DNA of 64,000 bases, from the NCBI GenBank assembly GCA_014905635.1, contig JABVCE010000004.1:930001-994000 (forward strand), in the 5' to 3' direction. Below are positions 1 through 13,197 of the stretch, in pieces. The notes beneath the pieces were generated by a model. It saw nothing but the letters and a program-made list of their open reading frames with translations. It ran no database searches and was not told where the DNA came from. Origin of the DNA: Scenedesmus sp. PABB004 (lineage: Eukaryota). Each line of letters opens with the position of its first letter. Position 1 is the stretch's first letter. The translations under genes and the position numbers were made by a program.

Positions 1-1930
1 GCGAGGTCAAGGACGACTGCGCGAAGCTGCAGGACCAGCTCGCCAACAGCCAGGTCGAGTCGTGCCAGTTCCAGCAGCGCCTCGCCGAGTGCACGGCGCA
101 GCTGGCCGACCTGCAGGAGCGCCACAGCCGGCAGACGCTGGAGCTGGAGGCGCAGCTGCGCGAGCAGGCCGCAACCGCACAGCAGGACAAGCTGGACGCG
201 GTCGCAGCCACCCGGGCGCAGCTGGAGCGGTGAGCGCGGGGCGGCGTGCGGCTGCTGTTTGGTTCTGTGTCGCCGGCGGCGGCGCCTCAACACCACCGCG
301 CGCCGCGCGCCCGCAGGGAGCTGGACGAGGCGGCGCGGCGGCACGCCGCGCAGGCGGAGCTGCTCAACGCCCGCATCGCTGAGCTGGACGGCGAGGGCCG
401 CAAGCTGCGGGACCAGAAGTACGCGCTGGACACGCAGGTGCGCCGCGCCGGCATTGGGCGGCGCCCACGGGCCGCTGCGGGGCCGCAGGTGCAGGCCGGC
501 CGCGCCGCGCCCGGTCGCCCGACCGCCCGGCCGCGCGCGACGCTCCGCAGGTGTCAGAGCTCAGCCACAAGCTCGGCAGTGCGGAGGGCGCGGCGCGCTC
601 GCTGGAGCAGGAGGTGGGCCAGCTGCGCGTTCAGCACAAGGCGGTGGCGGCCGACAAGCACGGCCTCGAGCTGGCGCTGGCGGACACCAGGGCGCAGCTC
701 GCGGCGGCGCAGGAGAAGGTGCGCGGCGAGCCAGGGTGGCGCGCGCGCGCGCGCGCCGGCGGGCCCTGCGTTCGAGCCTGGCGCTGCGAGCCAGCCGGCC
801 TGCCAGGCGCGCCGTGCCACGCCGACCATCCGCCGCCCGGTCCGCCCGCCCGCCCCCGCCGCGCCGCAGTGCTCGTCGCAGGGCCAGCTCATCGCGCAGC
901 AGCAGGCGCGCCTGGGCGACCTCGAGGGCGCCGCACGGCAGTGGGAGGAGCGCTGCGCCGACCTGCGCGACCTCGCGGCGGGGCACGAGGCGCGCTGCAG
1001 GGAGGCGGCGGGCGAGGTGCTCAAGGGCAACGAGGCGATCGACAAGCTGCAGGTGCGCCGCTGGCGCGTGCGCGCGCGAGCGCGCGCCGGGGCTCGGCCG
1101 GGCCGCGCGGCGCCCGGCTGCGCCGCGCCGGGTCGGTAAGCGCGTGCGCGCCGACCGCGCGCCTTGGCACCGCCGCCGGGCCTGCGCAGACCGACCTGCG
1201 GCTGCTGAAGGAGAAGTCCAAGCGCAAGCAGGCCATCCTGGTGCGCCAGGAGGAGGAGATCGCGGGCCGCGAGGCCCAGCTCGCGGCGGCGCAGCGCGAG
1301 CTCGCGGCGGCGGGCCACGCGCGCGAGGGCCTCGCCGCCGAGGCCGGCGCGCTCAAGGCGGACAACGCGGAGCTGCGCGCCAAGCTGGAGGAGAGCCGGC
1401 AGCAGCTGCAGAGCAACGAGCAGATGATCCGCTGGCTAAACCAGCAGGTGCGGCGCCCGCGGCGGCGCGCGGCGTGCGGGCGGGCGGGCGGGTGCGCGAC
1501 GCCGGCCGCTGCCGGCGCCGCCTGCGCGACGCCGAGCCCGCGCCGCTCGGCGCCGCCGCCGGCGGCCGCGCAGGTCACGGACGCGCAGCTGCAGGTCAGC
1601 GCGGTGCCGGGCTCGCGCTTCAAGTTCCGCCCCTCCGCGGCGCCCGCCGCCGGGCTGGGCGCCGCCACGCCCGGGCTCACCACGTCGTGGCCGCTCGCGG
1701 GCGCCGTCACGCCCGGCCTCGCGGGCGGGCCCGGCACCGCCGCCAAGCTCGGCGGCGCCAAGGCCGCGCACTCCACGGCGCCGTTTGCCGCGTTCAACGC
1801 CGGCAAGTTCTCGCCGCAGACGGTCTCGCCGCGGCACGGCGACTACGCGCTGCCCACGCCGCGCCAGGACTGCGCGGCGCCGCCGCCGGCGCCGGCCGCG
1901 AGCGTCGCGACGGGCGTGGTGCGGCGGTGA
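1..1930 (+). CDS. SAS6: Centriole cartwheel protein SAS-6 (Bld12), 5'-truncated by the window, multi-exon
   Basis: Spliced coiled-coil exons (ELDGEGRKLRDQKYALDTQ / VSELSHKLGSAEG / EVLKGNEAIDKLQ / LLKEKSKRKQAILVRQEE / QQLQSNEQMIRWLNQQVTDAQL) resemble the algal SAS-6 C-terminal half. Low-complexity tail; TGA at 1928-1930. Confidence 0.8.
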
Positions 1931-2400
1931 CGCGGCTCGCCGCGGCGGGAAGACCACGACGGGGGGTGTGGGCACCGGCGCTCGCGGCGCGCGCCTGCAC
2001 AGCACACTGACCATCACCGGCCCCCTCCTACTTGACCACCACGGCTCGCGCTGACCGCCCGGGGGGGGGGGCACTGTGCTGGGCGCTGTTCTGGGGTTGG
2101 CAGGAGGGGTTGGCCGACGCGGCCGGCGCGCGCACGGGCGGCGGCGGGGCCGCGCACCGGCTGCGAGTGTGACCAACGCGCGGGCCCGCCACCGCTGCGC
2201 CGCACTCGGCCCGGCGAGCGCGCCGCAGCTGCCGAGCGCGCAGCAGCTGCCCCGCAAGCCAGCTGCGGCCGCCGCGGGCGCCGCTGCTGCATGCATCAGG
2301 CGGCGAGCCGAGCTGGCGGTTACTCGCGCGCCTCACTCGCCGCGGAGCCCCTGCGCCGCGCCGAGGCCGCGCGCCGTCCCGCCGACACCGCAGCAGCTGC

Positions 2401-4005
2401 TTAGAAGCTGCTGAAGCCCTTCTTGTCGCCCGAGCCAGCGGGGATGACGCGCAGCACGTTGAAGCGCACGGTCTTGCTCAGCGGCCTGCGGCGCGGCGCG
2501 TGGGCGGCGCGTGGGCGGGCGGGGTGCGCGCGAGGCCGGGAGGGGCGTCCGCCACGGCTGCCGCGACTGCCGCCGCCCGCTGCTGCAGCGTGCCGCTGCT
2601 CTGGCCGCTGCCGCCCGCTGCGCCGCTGGCGTCCGCCGCGCCGGCTGCGTCCGCCGGTCCAGCCCGCCGCGCCGCGCCGGCGCACCGGCACTGGCCGATG
2701 ACCACGGTGTCGCCCTCCTTGCAGCGGAACGCGGGCGAGAGGTGGGCCGAGATGTTGGTGTGGCGCTTCTCGTACCTGCGCGGCGGGGCGCGGCGCGGGC
2801 CGCGGGTGAGTGCGGCGCGGCGCCGTGCGCACGCGGCGGGCGCACAGCAGCGGCGGAGCGGCGCCCCCGCACGCCGCACGCCGCGCGCCGCCGCGCCGCG
2901 CGCGTCGTCAGCGGGGCCCGGCCGGCAGCGCCCGCGTCGCGGCGCGGCGCGGTTGCGTGCCGGGCGGCGCCGTCCGGCGGTCTCACCTGGCGTACTTCTT
3001 GATGTAGTGCAGGTAGTCGCGGCGCACCACGATCGTGCGCGTCATCTTGGTGCTGCGCACCACGCCTGCGAGCGAGGCGCGCGCGCGAGCGGAGAGCGAT
3101 GACCGCGCGCGCGCCCGGGCCGGCCGGCCGCCGCCGCGCGCGCGAGCGCCCCGCCGCCGCGCCAGCGCGCAGGAGCGCGGCCGCGGCCGCCGCGGCCACG
3201 GCCGCGCCGGCTGCGCCTGCTGCCGCGCAGCGCGCCGCGATGCCCCCCCCCCCCCGACGCGCACCGGTCAGGATGCGGCCGCGGATCGACACATTGCCGG
3301 TGAAGGGGCACTTCTTGTCGATGTAGATGCCTGCGCGAGATGCGGGCGCGCGCCGCGCGGCGCGTCGGTCGCCGCGCCCCCCACCGCGCACGCCGCCGCT
3401 GCTCGCTGCGCGGTCCGCGCGGTCCGCGGGCGCGACCCCCAGCCGCTGCGCCCGCCCTCCGGCGCACGGCCGAGTGCTGCGGAGAGACGCCCCGCCAGCC
3501 CCTGCACGCGACGCCTCCCTGCATGCTGCCGCCGTTGCCAACGCCGCTGCTGCTGTCGCCGCCGCCGTCGCCGCCGCCGCCCTCTCTCGCGCGCTGCCGC
3601 CGCCGCCGCCGCAGCCGCCGCGCGGGCCACGCACCCTCGATCGCCTCCCGGGGCGTCTTGAAGCCCAGGCCGACGTTCTTGTACCAGCGCGAGCCGCCCT
3701 TGCCGGGGATCTTGCTGCCGGCCTTCTTGAACCTGCGCGCGCGCCGCCAGGCCGGCGTGAGGGGCATGACCCCGCCACCGCCCGCGGCGACCTGCCGCCA
3801 GGCCGCCCGCGCCCGCCGGCCGTCGCCGGCATGCCTCGCGCCCGACGCCGCCAGGGGGGCCCGGCGCACCCGATGTTCACGCCCAGCTGCTTCTGGTACG
3901 CCCTCTCGGTCTGCGAGCGCGCGGGACGGCTCGGGCGGCGCCCGCGGGCGGGGCGCCCATTCATCAGCAGCCACCCAGGTGCGCCCGCCGCACCTGCTCG
4001 GCCAT
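2401..4005 (-). CDS. RPS11: 40S ribosomal protein S11 (uS17), 7 exons
   Basis: [12 protein letters not shown]...[79 protein letters not shown]...[17 protein letters not shown] at 4005, TAA at 2401-2403. Confidence 0.98.
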
Positions 4006-4411
4006 CTTGGCGCGCGGCTCGGGGGGCCAGCCAGTGGCGTTGCTCCGGGCGCAAAGAGGGCGGCGCCGGCGCCCGCGGCGCGCCAGGGCGGCTCCAGCGG
4101 GCGCAGCGGCCGCGGTTCGCGGCGCCCCAAGACCGCGCGTCGCGCGCCGGCGCCACCGCACACGCCGCCGCCCGTGGCGCGCAGCAGAGAGTCGCCGCGT
4201 TGCGTGCGGGGGCAGCCCCTGCGTGCTGGCGGTGGCGGCGGCGCGCCCTCGACGACCCGGCGTCCTCGGCCGGCCCGCGCGCGCGGCCGGGCGCGGGCGC
4301 GGCGGGGCGCGGCCCGCGGATGGCGGCGGCGACCCCCGCGGCGGCGGCCCGGGAGCGCGCGCGGCGGCAGAGCGACAGCTGGCGCCCGGCGCGCGCTGCT
4401 GCTGCTGCCGG
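3957..4411. repeat. Inverted repeat copy A (RPS11 upstream region + exon 1 + start of intron 1); partner at 7801-8270
   Basis: Reverse complement aligns by eye with 7801-8270, with scattered substitutions and small indels. Confidence 0.93.
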
Positions 4412-4970
4412 CGCCGCTGCCAGCGCCGCCCTCGGCGCCCGCCTGTGCGTTGGAGCCGTTCCATGAGGCGAGGTTGCACAGCCCTCGCGCGTGTGAGGGC
4501 GCACGTCAAGCGGCAGGGACGATGGCCCCGCCCCCCAGTCCTCCCCGCGCGCGCCGCCCCGCCGCCGTCGCCCGCGACAATCTACACACCTCGGGCGCCG
4601 AGCCGCGCCGAGACAAATGCTGAAGGTTGCCGGAGCCGCCGCCGTCAAAGGGGGCCGCAACGCCACGGCCAAGGCCGCCGCGCCCAACGCTCGTGGCGGG
4701 CGCGCGCGCCATCTGCTGCGCCCGCGCCGCCCAGCAGGAGGCCGGGCCAAAACAAGTACAGCCGAGCAGCAGTGCAGCGCCCCCGCCTCCCGCCGCTACC
4801 TGCTGGCCGCGCGGGCGCGCGGGCGCACGCCGCCGCGACGCAAATGCGCCCGCCCGCCCGCATCGCCCGCCCCGAGCGCCCCTCGCGCCCGCCCGCCGCC
4901 CGCCCGGGGCTCCCACCCCGCCGCCCGCCGCCGCGCGTCGGCGGGCGGGCTCGCCGGCCGGCGCGCCGCC

Positions 4971-7571
4971 TCACACCGCCGCCTCCTGCTTGGCTGCGAC
5001 GGGCGCCGCCGCGCCTCTGCTGCCGGCTGCCGCCTGCTTGCGCCGCCGCGCCTCCACCATGGTCACAGCCATCTCCATGATGCCGGACCTGCGCGTGGCA
5101 GAGCGTGCCCGGCAGCGCGCGAGGGGGCCGCGTTGGCGGCCGCGGCAGCGCACGGGCGAGGGCCGCGGCGGCGACGCGCGGCCGCGGGCGCGCGGGGCGC
5201 GGCGCGGCGCACCGCGCGAGGCCGGGCGGCTGCACGGGCTTGTTGGTCCACTCGGCCTTGCCCCCCAGCGACCGCTCCCACGCCTCGTCCGAGTCGACGC
5301 TCGCGGCGATGTAGGCCGCCTCCGCCTCGGTCGCCGCCCACGTGCCCGCGGGCGTCGACGCGCCCGCCGCCGACGCGCGCTCGCTGCGCACGTTGCGCCA
5401 GTCCGCGCCGCGCACGACCCACTCCTCAAACTGCCCCAGCTTGCGGAACTTCTGGTACCTGCGCGCGGCGGCGCGCACGGCGGCGCGTGCGGCGCGGGCA
5501 CGGCGGGCGGGGAGTGGGAGGTGAGGCGGCGCGCCCCCACGGGCGGCCCGCGCTGCGTGCCGCGCCGCGCCGCCGCGCCGCCGGCCTGGCCCAGCCCCCA
5601 GCCGCGCGTCCGCGCGCCCGCGCGTCGCGGCGCGCCGCGTGGCGCGCCGCCTCCCTCGCTGCCCGCCGCACCGATCGAGCTGGATCTCGCGCTCGCTCAT
5701 GGGCTCGTAGTGCCGGAAGGTGGCCAGGATGGCGTCCTTGATCGCGGGGAACGCGGCGACCGGGTCGCTGTGCGCGCCGCCGAGCGGCTCGGGGATGACC
5801 TCGTCCATCACCTCCAGCCGGATGAGCTCCGGCGCCGTGATGCGCAGCGCCTCGGTCGCCTGCGTGTGTGCGTGCGCGCGGAGCGGGCGCGGCGCCGTCG
5901 GCGGCCGCGCGCGCGGGGACCGCAGTGGGCGCGGCCCGTGCGCGGCGCGCGGCGCGGGGCCGCGGCGGCGGCGCGGCGGCGCGCGCGCCTGGCTGCTGGC
6001 GCTGCGGCTCTTCCAGAGGATGGCGGCGCAGGCCTCGGGCGAGGCGACGTAGTAGACGCTGTTCTCCATGATGAGGTTGCGGTTGGCGCACCCGATCGCG
6101 AGCGCGCCGCCGCTGCCGCCCTCGCCGATGACGACGCTGATGACCGGCACGCGCAGGCCAAACATCTCGCGCAGGTTGTACGCGATCGCCTCGCCCTGCG
6201 CAGCGCCGGCGGCGTGGTGGCGTCGGCGCGGTGGCATCAGCACACCGGCGCGGCGGGCGCGGCGAGCGCAGCGGGCGGCGCGGCGGCGCGCACCTGGCCC
6301 AGCTCCTCGGCGCTCTTGCCCGCATACGCGCCGGGCGTGTCGACAAAGGTGACGATGGGCAGGCCAAACTTGTTGGCGTGGCGCATGAAGCGCATGGCCT
6401 TGCGGTAGCCGTTGGGCTGCGGCATGCCAAAGTTGCGCCGCACGTTCTCCTGCACACGCGGGGAAGCAGGGAGGGAGGGCGCGCGCGCGGCACGCGTGAG
6501 CCTCCCGCCCGCCGCCGGCGGCGGCGCCGCCCCGCGCGCGCGCTGCTGCGGCCGCCCCTGCAGCCGGGCCCGCCGCGGCCGCGGCGGCGCCTGCCGGCGC
6601 GGCACGCCGCGGCGGGGCACCGAGGCGCGCGCGCGCGCCTTTGTGTTGCGGCCCTTCTGGTGCCCGATGAACATGAAGCTCACGCCGTCCATGGAGCCGA
6701 TGCCGCACACGATTGCGGGGTCGTCGAGGCCCGCACGGTCGCCGTGCAGCTCCACAAACTTGTCGGTGATGTTGAGGATGATGTCGAGGCAGGTCGGGCG
6801 GTTGGGGTGCCGCGCGACCTGCAGCCGCTGCGTCGGCGTGAGCCGGCTGTACGTCTCCTTGCGCAGCTGCGGCGCGGACGCGGACGCGGCGGTGCGGTGC
6901 GGTGCGGTGCGCGGTGAGCGGCGGCGCGCCGCGCGGCCGGGGTGGGGCGGGGCAGCGCGCGCGCGCGCGCGCGGCAGCAGCGGCGGCCGCCTGATCAGGC
7001 GCGGCGCGCCGCCGCCGCCCGCGCGGGCGCAATGCAGCCGCGCCGCGCTGCCCCGCACGCAGACCCGTCCGCGCGGCGCGCAATGGGCCCCGCCGCGCCC
7101 GGCGGCGGCGCGGCGGCGGGCCGGGGGCGGCGAGCGCGGGCGCCGCTGCCGCTGGCGCCCGCGCCGCACCTGCTGGGCGCGCGTCTCGAGCTCCGCGATC
7201 TGGCTGCTCACGTCCACGCCGTTCTCCTCCGCCACTTTGCGGACCTGCGGCGCCAGGGCGGGGCGGGCGCTGTGCGCGGAGAGCGGGGCGCATAACGCCC
7301 GCGGGATGGCGCCCGCGGCCCGGCGCGCGCGCGCCTCCTTGATGCGCTTGTCCAGCTCCAGCAGCGGCTTCTCAAAGTCCAGGGTCGTCAGGTTGCTCGC
7401 GCGGTCGGCTATGGGCCCGAAGCGCGACAGCATGCCCTGCACCCACTCCCGGCCCGCCTCCGCGTTCTTGACGCTGAACATGCTCGCCCGCACGCTCAGC
7501 GGCGCGCGCCCCGCACGGGGCGCCGCGCGGCGGGCGCAGGCCGCGCGCTGCTGCTGCGCGAGCAGCGCCAT
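4971..7571 (-). CDS. accA: Plastid acetyl-CoA carboxylase carboxyltransferase alpha subunit
   Basis: Transit-like N-terminus, then [102 protein letters not shown] at 4971-4973. Confidence 0.97.
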
Positions 7572-7800
7572 CGCGGAGTCGGGCGCGGCAGCTGGCGTGG
7601 CGCGGCGGTGTGGCGCGCGGGTGGGGTGCCTGGGCGCCGGGCGCACGGCGGAGTGGCAATGTGGATGCGCCGCGCGCGCATTGAGCCGCCAGCTGCTGAC
7701 GGCAGCAGCGACAGCGGCGCAGGGGCTCAGCGGGGTCGGGCCACCGCCGTCCGGCCGGCGGCGCCGGCGGCGGCGGCGGCGCTGATGGCCGATCCCGCGC

Positions 7801-8270
7801 CCGGCAGCAGCAGCACCAGCAGCGCGCGCCGAGCGCCAGCTGTCGCTCTGCCGCCGCGCGCGCTCCCGGGCCGCCGCCGCGGGGGTCGCCGCCGCCATCC
7901 GCGGGCCGCGCCCCGCCGCGCCCGCGCCCGGCCGCGCGCGCGGGCGGGCCATCGCCGCCGGGTCGTCGAGGGCGCGCCGCCACCGCCACCGCCAGCGCGC
8001 AGGGGCTGCCCCTGCGCGCGACGCGGCGACTCTCTGCTGCGCGCCACGGGCGGCGGCGTGTGCGCGGAGCGGGGCGCCGGTGCGCGACGCGCGGTCTTGG
8101 GGCGCCGCGAACCGCGGCCGCTGCGCCCGCTGGAGCCGCCCTGGCGCGCCGCGGGCGCCGGCGCCGCCCTCTTTGCGCCCGGAGCAACGCCGCTGGCTGG
8201 CCCCCCGAGCCGCGCGCCAAGATGGCCGAGCAGGTGCGGCGGGTGCGGGGTGGCTGCTGATGATGAATGG
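7801..8270 (+). pseudogene. Inverted repeat copy B: orphan RPS11 5' stub (upstream region, ATG GCC GAG CAG exon 1 and GT donor)
   Basis: AAGATGGCCGAGCAG|GTGCGG at 8219-8239 is identical to the RPS11 start. No downstream RPS11 exons follow. Confidence 0.85.
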
Positions 8271-8703
8271 GGGGGGGGGGGGGGGCGCCTGCCCACGGCG
8301 CGTGGCAGGGCGCGCGGCCGCGCGGCGCGGGCGGCGCCCGCGCTGCGCGTGCCGCTGCCGGCGGCGGTGCGGCGGCGGCGGTGCGGCGGCGGGGCGGCGC
8401 GGGGCTGCTTGCCGGCGCCGCCGGCGGGGCCACGAAGGCGGTGGCGGGCGCTTCAGCGCTGCGCCCCGCACGCCGCAACCGGGTGCGCCGATCCTGAGGT
8501 GCTCAGACGACCAGGGGACACCGTCGGCCGACACGGGCACCCTCCCCCGCGACGCTCGCTGCCCCAGCGCCCGCGCAGGCCAGCGCCCGCCGATCGCTCC
8601 GTCCGGGCCCAGGCTTGGCCTCCCCGCGTCGCCTGTGGACAGGCCCATCGGGGACGCCGCCCGGCAGGAGCCGCGGGGCGCCCTGCCCGGGGCGGCGCCA
8701 GGG

Positions 8704-11700
8704 ATGGCCACCGATGAGGCCCAGGCGGCCGCGCCCGCCAACGGGCACGCCGACGGCGCCGGCCCCAAGCGGAGCAAGGCGGAGAAGAAGAAGGAGCGGC
8801 GGCAAAAGAACAAGCAGAGCAAGCAGCAGCGCAGGTGGGCGCCGGCAGCGCGCGCGCCGCTGCTGCTGCCGCCCGGCGCCGCCGCGCGCGGCCGCCTCAC
8901 GCCCCGCGCCGCGCGGCGGCCCGCTGCATCGCAGGCAGCAGTCGCAGCAGCAGCAGGAGGCCAAGCCGCCGCCCGCGTCCGCGGTGAGCGCGGGCGGGCG
9001 CGCAGAGTCTGCCGCCACGCGATCGCCGACGCCGCTGCCGTCGCCGGCGCCGGCGCCGCCGCGAGCGCGCACGCGCCCGCCGCGGCTGCCGCCGTCCGCC
9101 GCCGCTGCCGCCATCGCCGCTCGCTCATCAGCCCTGTCGCCGCCGCAGGAGGAGGATGACGTGGTCATCGAGTACGTGCCGGCGCCGGCGCCCGACATAG
9201 AGGGCCTGCTCGCGGCGGCGCCGGGCAAGAAGCCGGCCGGCGACGCCGCAGCGGCGGCGGGCGACGGCGGCGAGCAGCAGCAGCAGCAGGACGGCGAGGA
9301 GGCGGACGAGGAGGAGCGCGGCGGGCTGGGGCTCGGCGCGCGCGCCGGCCTCGGCGCGGCGCCCGCCGCCGAGGAGGGCGAGGACGACGCGGACGCCGTG
9401 GACGCGGACGTGCGTGGGAGGGGCGCTGGGCGGGCGGGCGCGTCAGGCGGGCAGCGGGGGGCGCCGCGTCAGCGCTCTGCGCGCGCGCGTGCGCTCGCCG
9501 CCGCGCCGCTCGTGCGTGCCTCCTGTGGCGGCACGCGGCGCCGACGGCCCGCCCGCCGCCCGCGTGTCGCTTGCAGGACGTGATGGCGCAGTTCAAGCGC
9601 GTGCTGGAGCGCTTCATGCCGGCGGACGAGGCGGCGGAGGAGGGCGCAGAGGGCGCGGAGGGCGCCGCCGGCGAGGCGGGCGCGGGGCCGGCCAAGTCGG
9701 ACGCGGACAGCGACGAGGAGGGTGCGTCGGCGGCGGGGCCGCGGGGCGCAGGGCGCGGGGCGCGGGGCGCGGGGCGCGGGGCGCGGGGCGCGGGGCGCGG
9801 GGCGCGGGGCGCGGGGCGCGGGGCGCGGGGCGCGGGGCGCGGGGCGGGCGAGGGAGCGGGCGCCCGCCGGCGCACGCGGCGCGGCGGTGGCCGAGACGCC
9901 CGCCGCTCGCGCGGCGCCGCCCGGCCGCAGGCGAGGACGGCGAGGGCGGGTCGAAGCTGAGCAGGAAGCAGCGCAAGCTCCTGCACCGGCTGAAGATCGC
10001 GGAGCTGAAGCAGCAGTGCGCGCGGCCAGACGTGGTCGAGGTGTGGGACGTCACGGCGCCGGACCCGCAGACGCTGGTCACGCTCAAGGTGCGTGTGGGA
10101 GGGGGCGCTGTCGCGGGCGCGTGAGGCGGCGCGCGCACGCGCGCGCGCCGCCGCCGACGCCGCGGGCGGCCGCCGCCGCCGCCGCCGCCGCGGCGCAGGC
10201 GCTGCGCAACACGGTGTCGGTGCCCCAGCACTGGAGCCAGAAGCGCAAGTACCTGCAGGGCAAGCGCGGCATCGAGAAGCCGCCGTTCAAGCTGCCGGAG
10301 TTCATCGAGGCCACCGGTGCGTGGGCACACACACGGGCGCGGACGCGCGGGCGCGTGCGGCAGCCGCCCGCAGCCCACGCGCGGCGGCGCCCGCCCGCCG
10401 CGCTGCGTGCTCACGCCCCGGCCGCCCGCCCCCGGCCGCCTCTCGCGGCCGCCGCCCAGGCATCACCGAGATGCGCAACGCGTACCAGGAGAAGGAGGAG
10501 GCCAAGAAGCTGAAGCAGAAGCAGCGCGACCGCATGACCGCCAAGACCGGCAAGATGGACATCGCCTACGAGGCGCGCACCCGCACACTCCCCCCGCGCC
10601 CGCGCCCGCACTCCGCCCGTGCCCGTGCCCTGCGCGCCCGCGGCGCCGCCGCCGCACACCCCCCCCCCCCCCGCCCCTCTCCGCGCGCGCCCACACCCGC
10701 CTGCTCACTCGCTCACGCCCTCCTCGCGCCGCCGCCCCGGCCCCGCCCCCGCCGTCCCGCCCCCTCCTCTCAGGTGCTGTACGACGCGTTCTTCAAGCAC
10801 CAGCGCAAGCCCAAGATGAGCGGCCTCGGCGAGCTCTACTACGAGGGCAAGGAGTATGAGGCGCGCCTCGAGCACCTGCGCCCCGGCGTGCTCAGCGCGG
10901 AGCTGCGCGAGGCGCTCGGCATGCCCGAGGACACGCCGCCGCCGTGGCTCATCAACATGCAGGTGCGCCGCCGCACGGCGCCCAGCTGCGCGCCGCTGCC
11001 GCACGCCGCCGCCCTCCCGCGCGCCGCCGGCCGGCGCCGACGCCGCCCCGCACCTGCCCCGCCCCACACGCCCCGCGCAGCGCTACGGCCCGCCCCCGTC
11101 CTACCCCCAGCTCAAGGTGCCCGGCCTGAGCGCGCCCATCCCGCCGGGCGCGAGCTTCGGCTTCCACCCCGGCGGCTGGGGCAAGCCGCCCGTGGACGCG
11201 GCGGGCAACGCGCTCTACGGCGACGTGTTTGGCCTCGCCGCCGACGGCAACGAGAGCGACGCCGAGGTGGACAAGGTGCGCGCGCGCGCGGCGCGGCGGC
11301 GGCGCGCGCGGGCGGGCGCCGGCGGCGGCAACGGGGAGCGAGCGCGCGCAGCGCGCCGCGCGCGTGGCGCTGGCGCCGCCACGCTGCCGCCGCGCTTCCG
11401 CCGCTCTGCGCCGCCGCGTCGCAGCTGGCGCGGTGGGGCGAGATCGATGACTTTGAGGAGGAGGAGAGCAGCGAGGAGGAGGAGCAGGAGCAGGAGGAGG
11501 AGGAGCGTGAGTGCCGCCGCCGTCGCTGCGCGGTGCCGCGCCGCGCGGCGCGCGCCTGGGGCCACACGGCCTCAGGGCCCGCGCGCCGGCCGCCGGAGCT
11601 GGCTCACGCGCGCCGTGCTGCGCCGCACCGCGCCGTGCCGCAGTGCCGGACGAGGCGGACATCATGCAGGGCATTGCCACCGACGCGACCGGCATCTCCA

Positions 11701-12489
11701 GCCTGCAGAGCGGCCTCGAGACGCCCGACGTGGCGCTCAACCTGCGCAAGCAGGGCGACAGCCTGGTGCGCGCCGGCGGGCGCGGGGGGCGGCCCGCCGG
11801 CTGCGCCGCTCCGGGCGCCGCGCGTCGCCGCGCCCGCCGCGCGGCCCGGCAGCTGACACGCGCGCCGCCGCCGCCGCCGCCGCCGCCGCGGCAGGCGGGC
11901 ACCGAGAGCGCGCAGAACCCGCAGCTCTACACGGTGCTGGAGCAGCGCAAGGCGAGCGTGGGCGCGGGGCTGCTGGGGACGGACCACACCTACGTCATCC
12001 CGGGCGCCGAGGGCGGCGGCAAGAAAAAGTGCGTTGCGGCGGGCCGGCGACGGCGGTGCCGCCCGGCGCTCGCGCTCGCGCGTGTGCGCGCCGGGTGTGC
12101 GCGCACGCGCTGACGCCGCGCCGTGCGGCGCGCCCGCGTGCGCAGGCCGGGCACCGACGTGGAGGTCACGCTGTCGCCGGAGGAGCTGGAGGGGCTCGAC
12201 GATGCCGCGATCAAGGCGCTCTACGAGTCCAAGCTCGCCGCGGCGCAGGCGGCGGCCAAGGGCGACCGCGAGGACTTCTCAGGTGCGGCGCGCCGCGGCG
12301 CGGCGGGCGCCTGCCAGCGCGGCACGCTCGCAGCAGCGCCGCCGTGCGTCGGCTGGCACGCTGACGCGCCCGCCGGCCGAGCGCGCAGACATGGTGGCGG
12401 GCCACGCGGCGGCGCAGAAGCGCAAGATCCAGCAGCGCGCCGACACGCGCGCCGCCAAGAAGCAGAAGGACAAGGACTTCAAGTTTTGA
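8704..12489 (+). CDS. SF3B2: Splicing factor 3B subunit 2 (SAP145/CUS1)
   Basis: [110 protein letters not shown]-terminal [15 protein letters not shown] at 12663. Confidence 0.97.
9740..9846. repeat. (GGGGCGC)n 7-bp tandem repeat in an SF3B2 intron
   Basis: About 15 consecutive, nearly perfect units are visible. Confidence 0.9.
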
Positions 12490-13197
12490 GAGGCCCCCGC
12501 CGCCGCAGGCGCACCGCCACACGCCGTGGGTGGGTGCGTCGTCGGCCGAGCAGCGGCGCGGCGCGCGGCGCAGCGCACGCAGCGCCGGCCGGCCGGCGGC
12601 GCCGCTGCGCCTTCGCCGCGCCGCGACTGCGGGGAGACCCACGCCCACTCGGGCGCGCCGCCTGTAACGAGTGCATGCGGCTGAGCCAGGGCGCGGTCAG
12701 CGCTGGTCCGACTTCCGAGGTTTTGCGCGCGCCTCGCGCTGCCGGCGCGCTACTTAGCGCCCGCGCCCGTCCCCGGAACCAGATTCTTCGTCCCCGTCAC
12801 TGAGAGGCCGATGCTCCGCGCCCCCGGCGGTCCCGCGCGCCACCTGCCGGCCGCCGCTGCTGCGCGCGTGCTGCTGTGCCCGCGCCCGCGCTGCGCTGTG
12901 CTGCTCGTCCGCTGATGCACCTCATGAGGCTCAGTCGTGCGACGCGCACGGGTCTCTGCGCTTGAGGCCTGCCTCGACCACACGTCGCGGAGGTACCTAG
13001 GGCGGCGGAAGGATGGCCGGCATCTCCGCGCCCGCACCGCCGCAGCCAGGCCCCTCGCTGCGCTGCGCGCCCGCTAACTGGCTTGCATGACCGTCACACG
13101 CTCCTGACGCGCTCCTGACGCGCTGCATTGCCCTCATTACGCGCCCCACCGCGCGGCGCCGTCAGGTTGACCGCAGTGCGAGGGCCGCGCCGCCACC

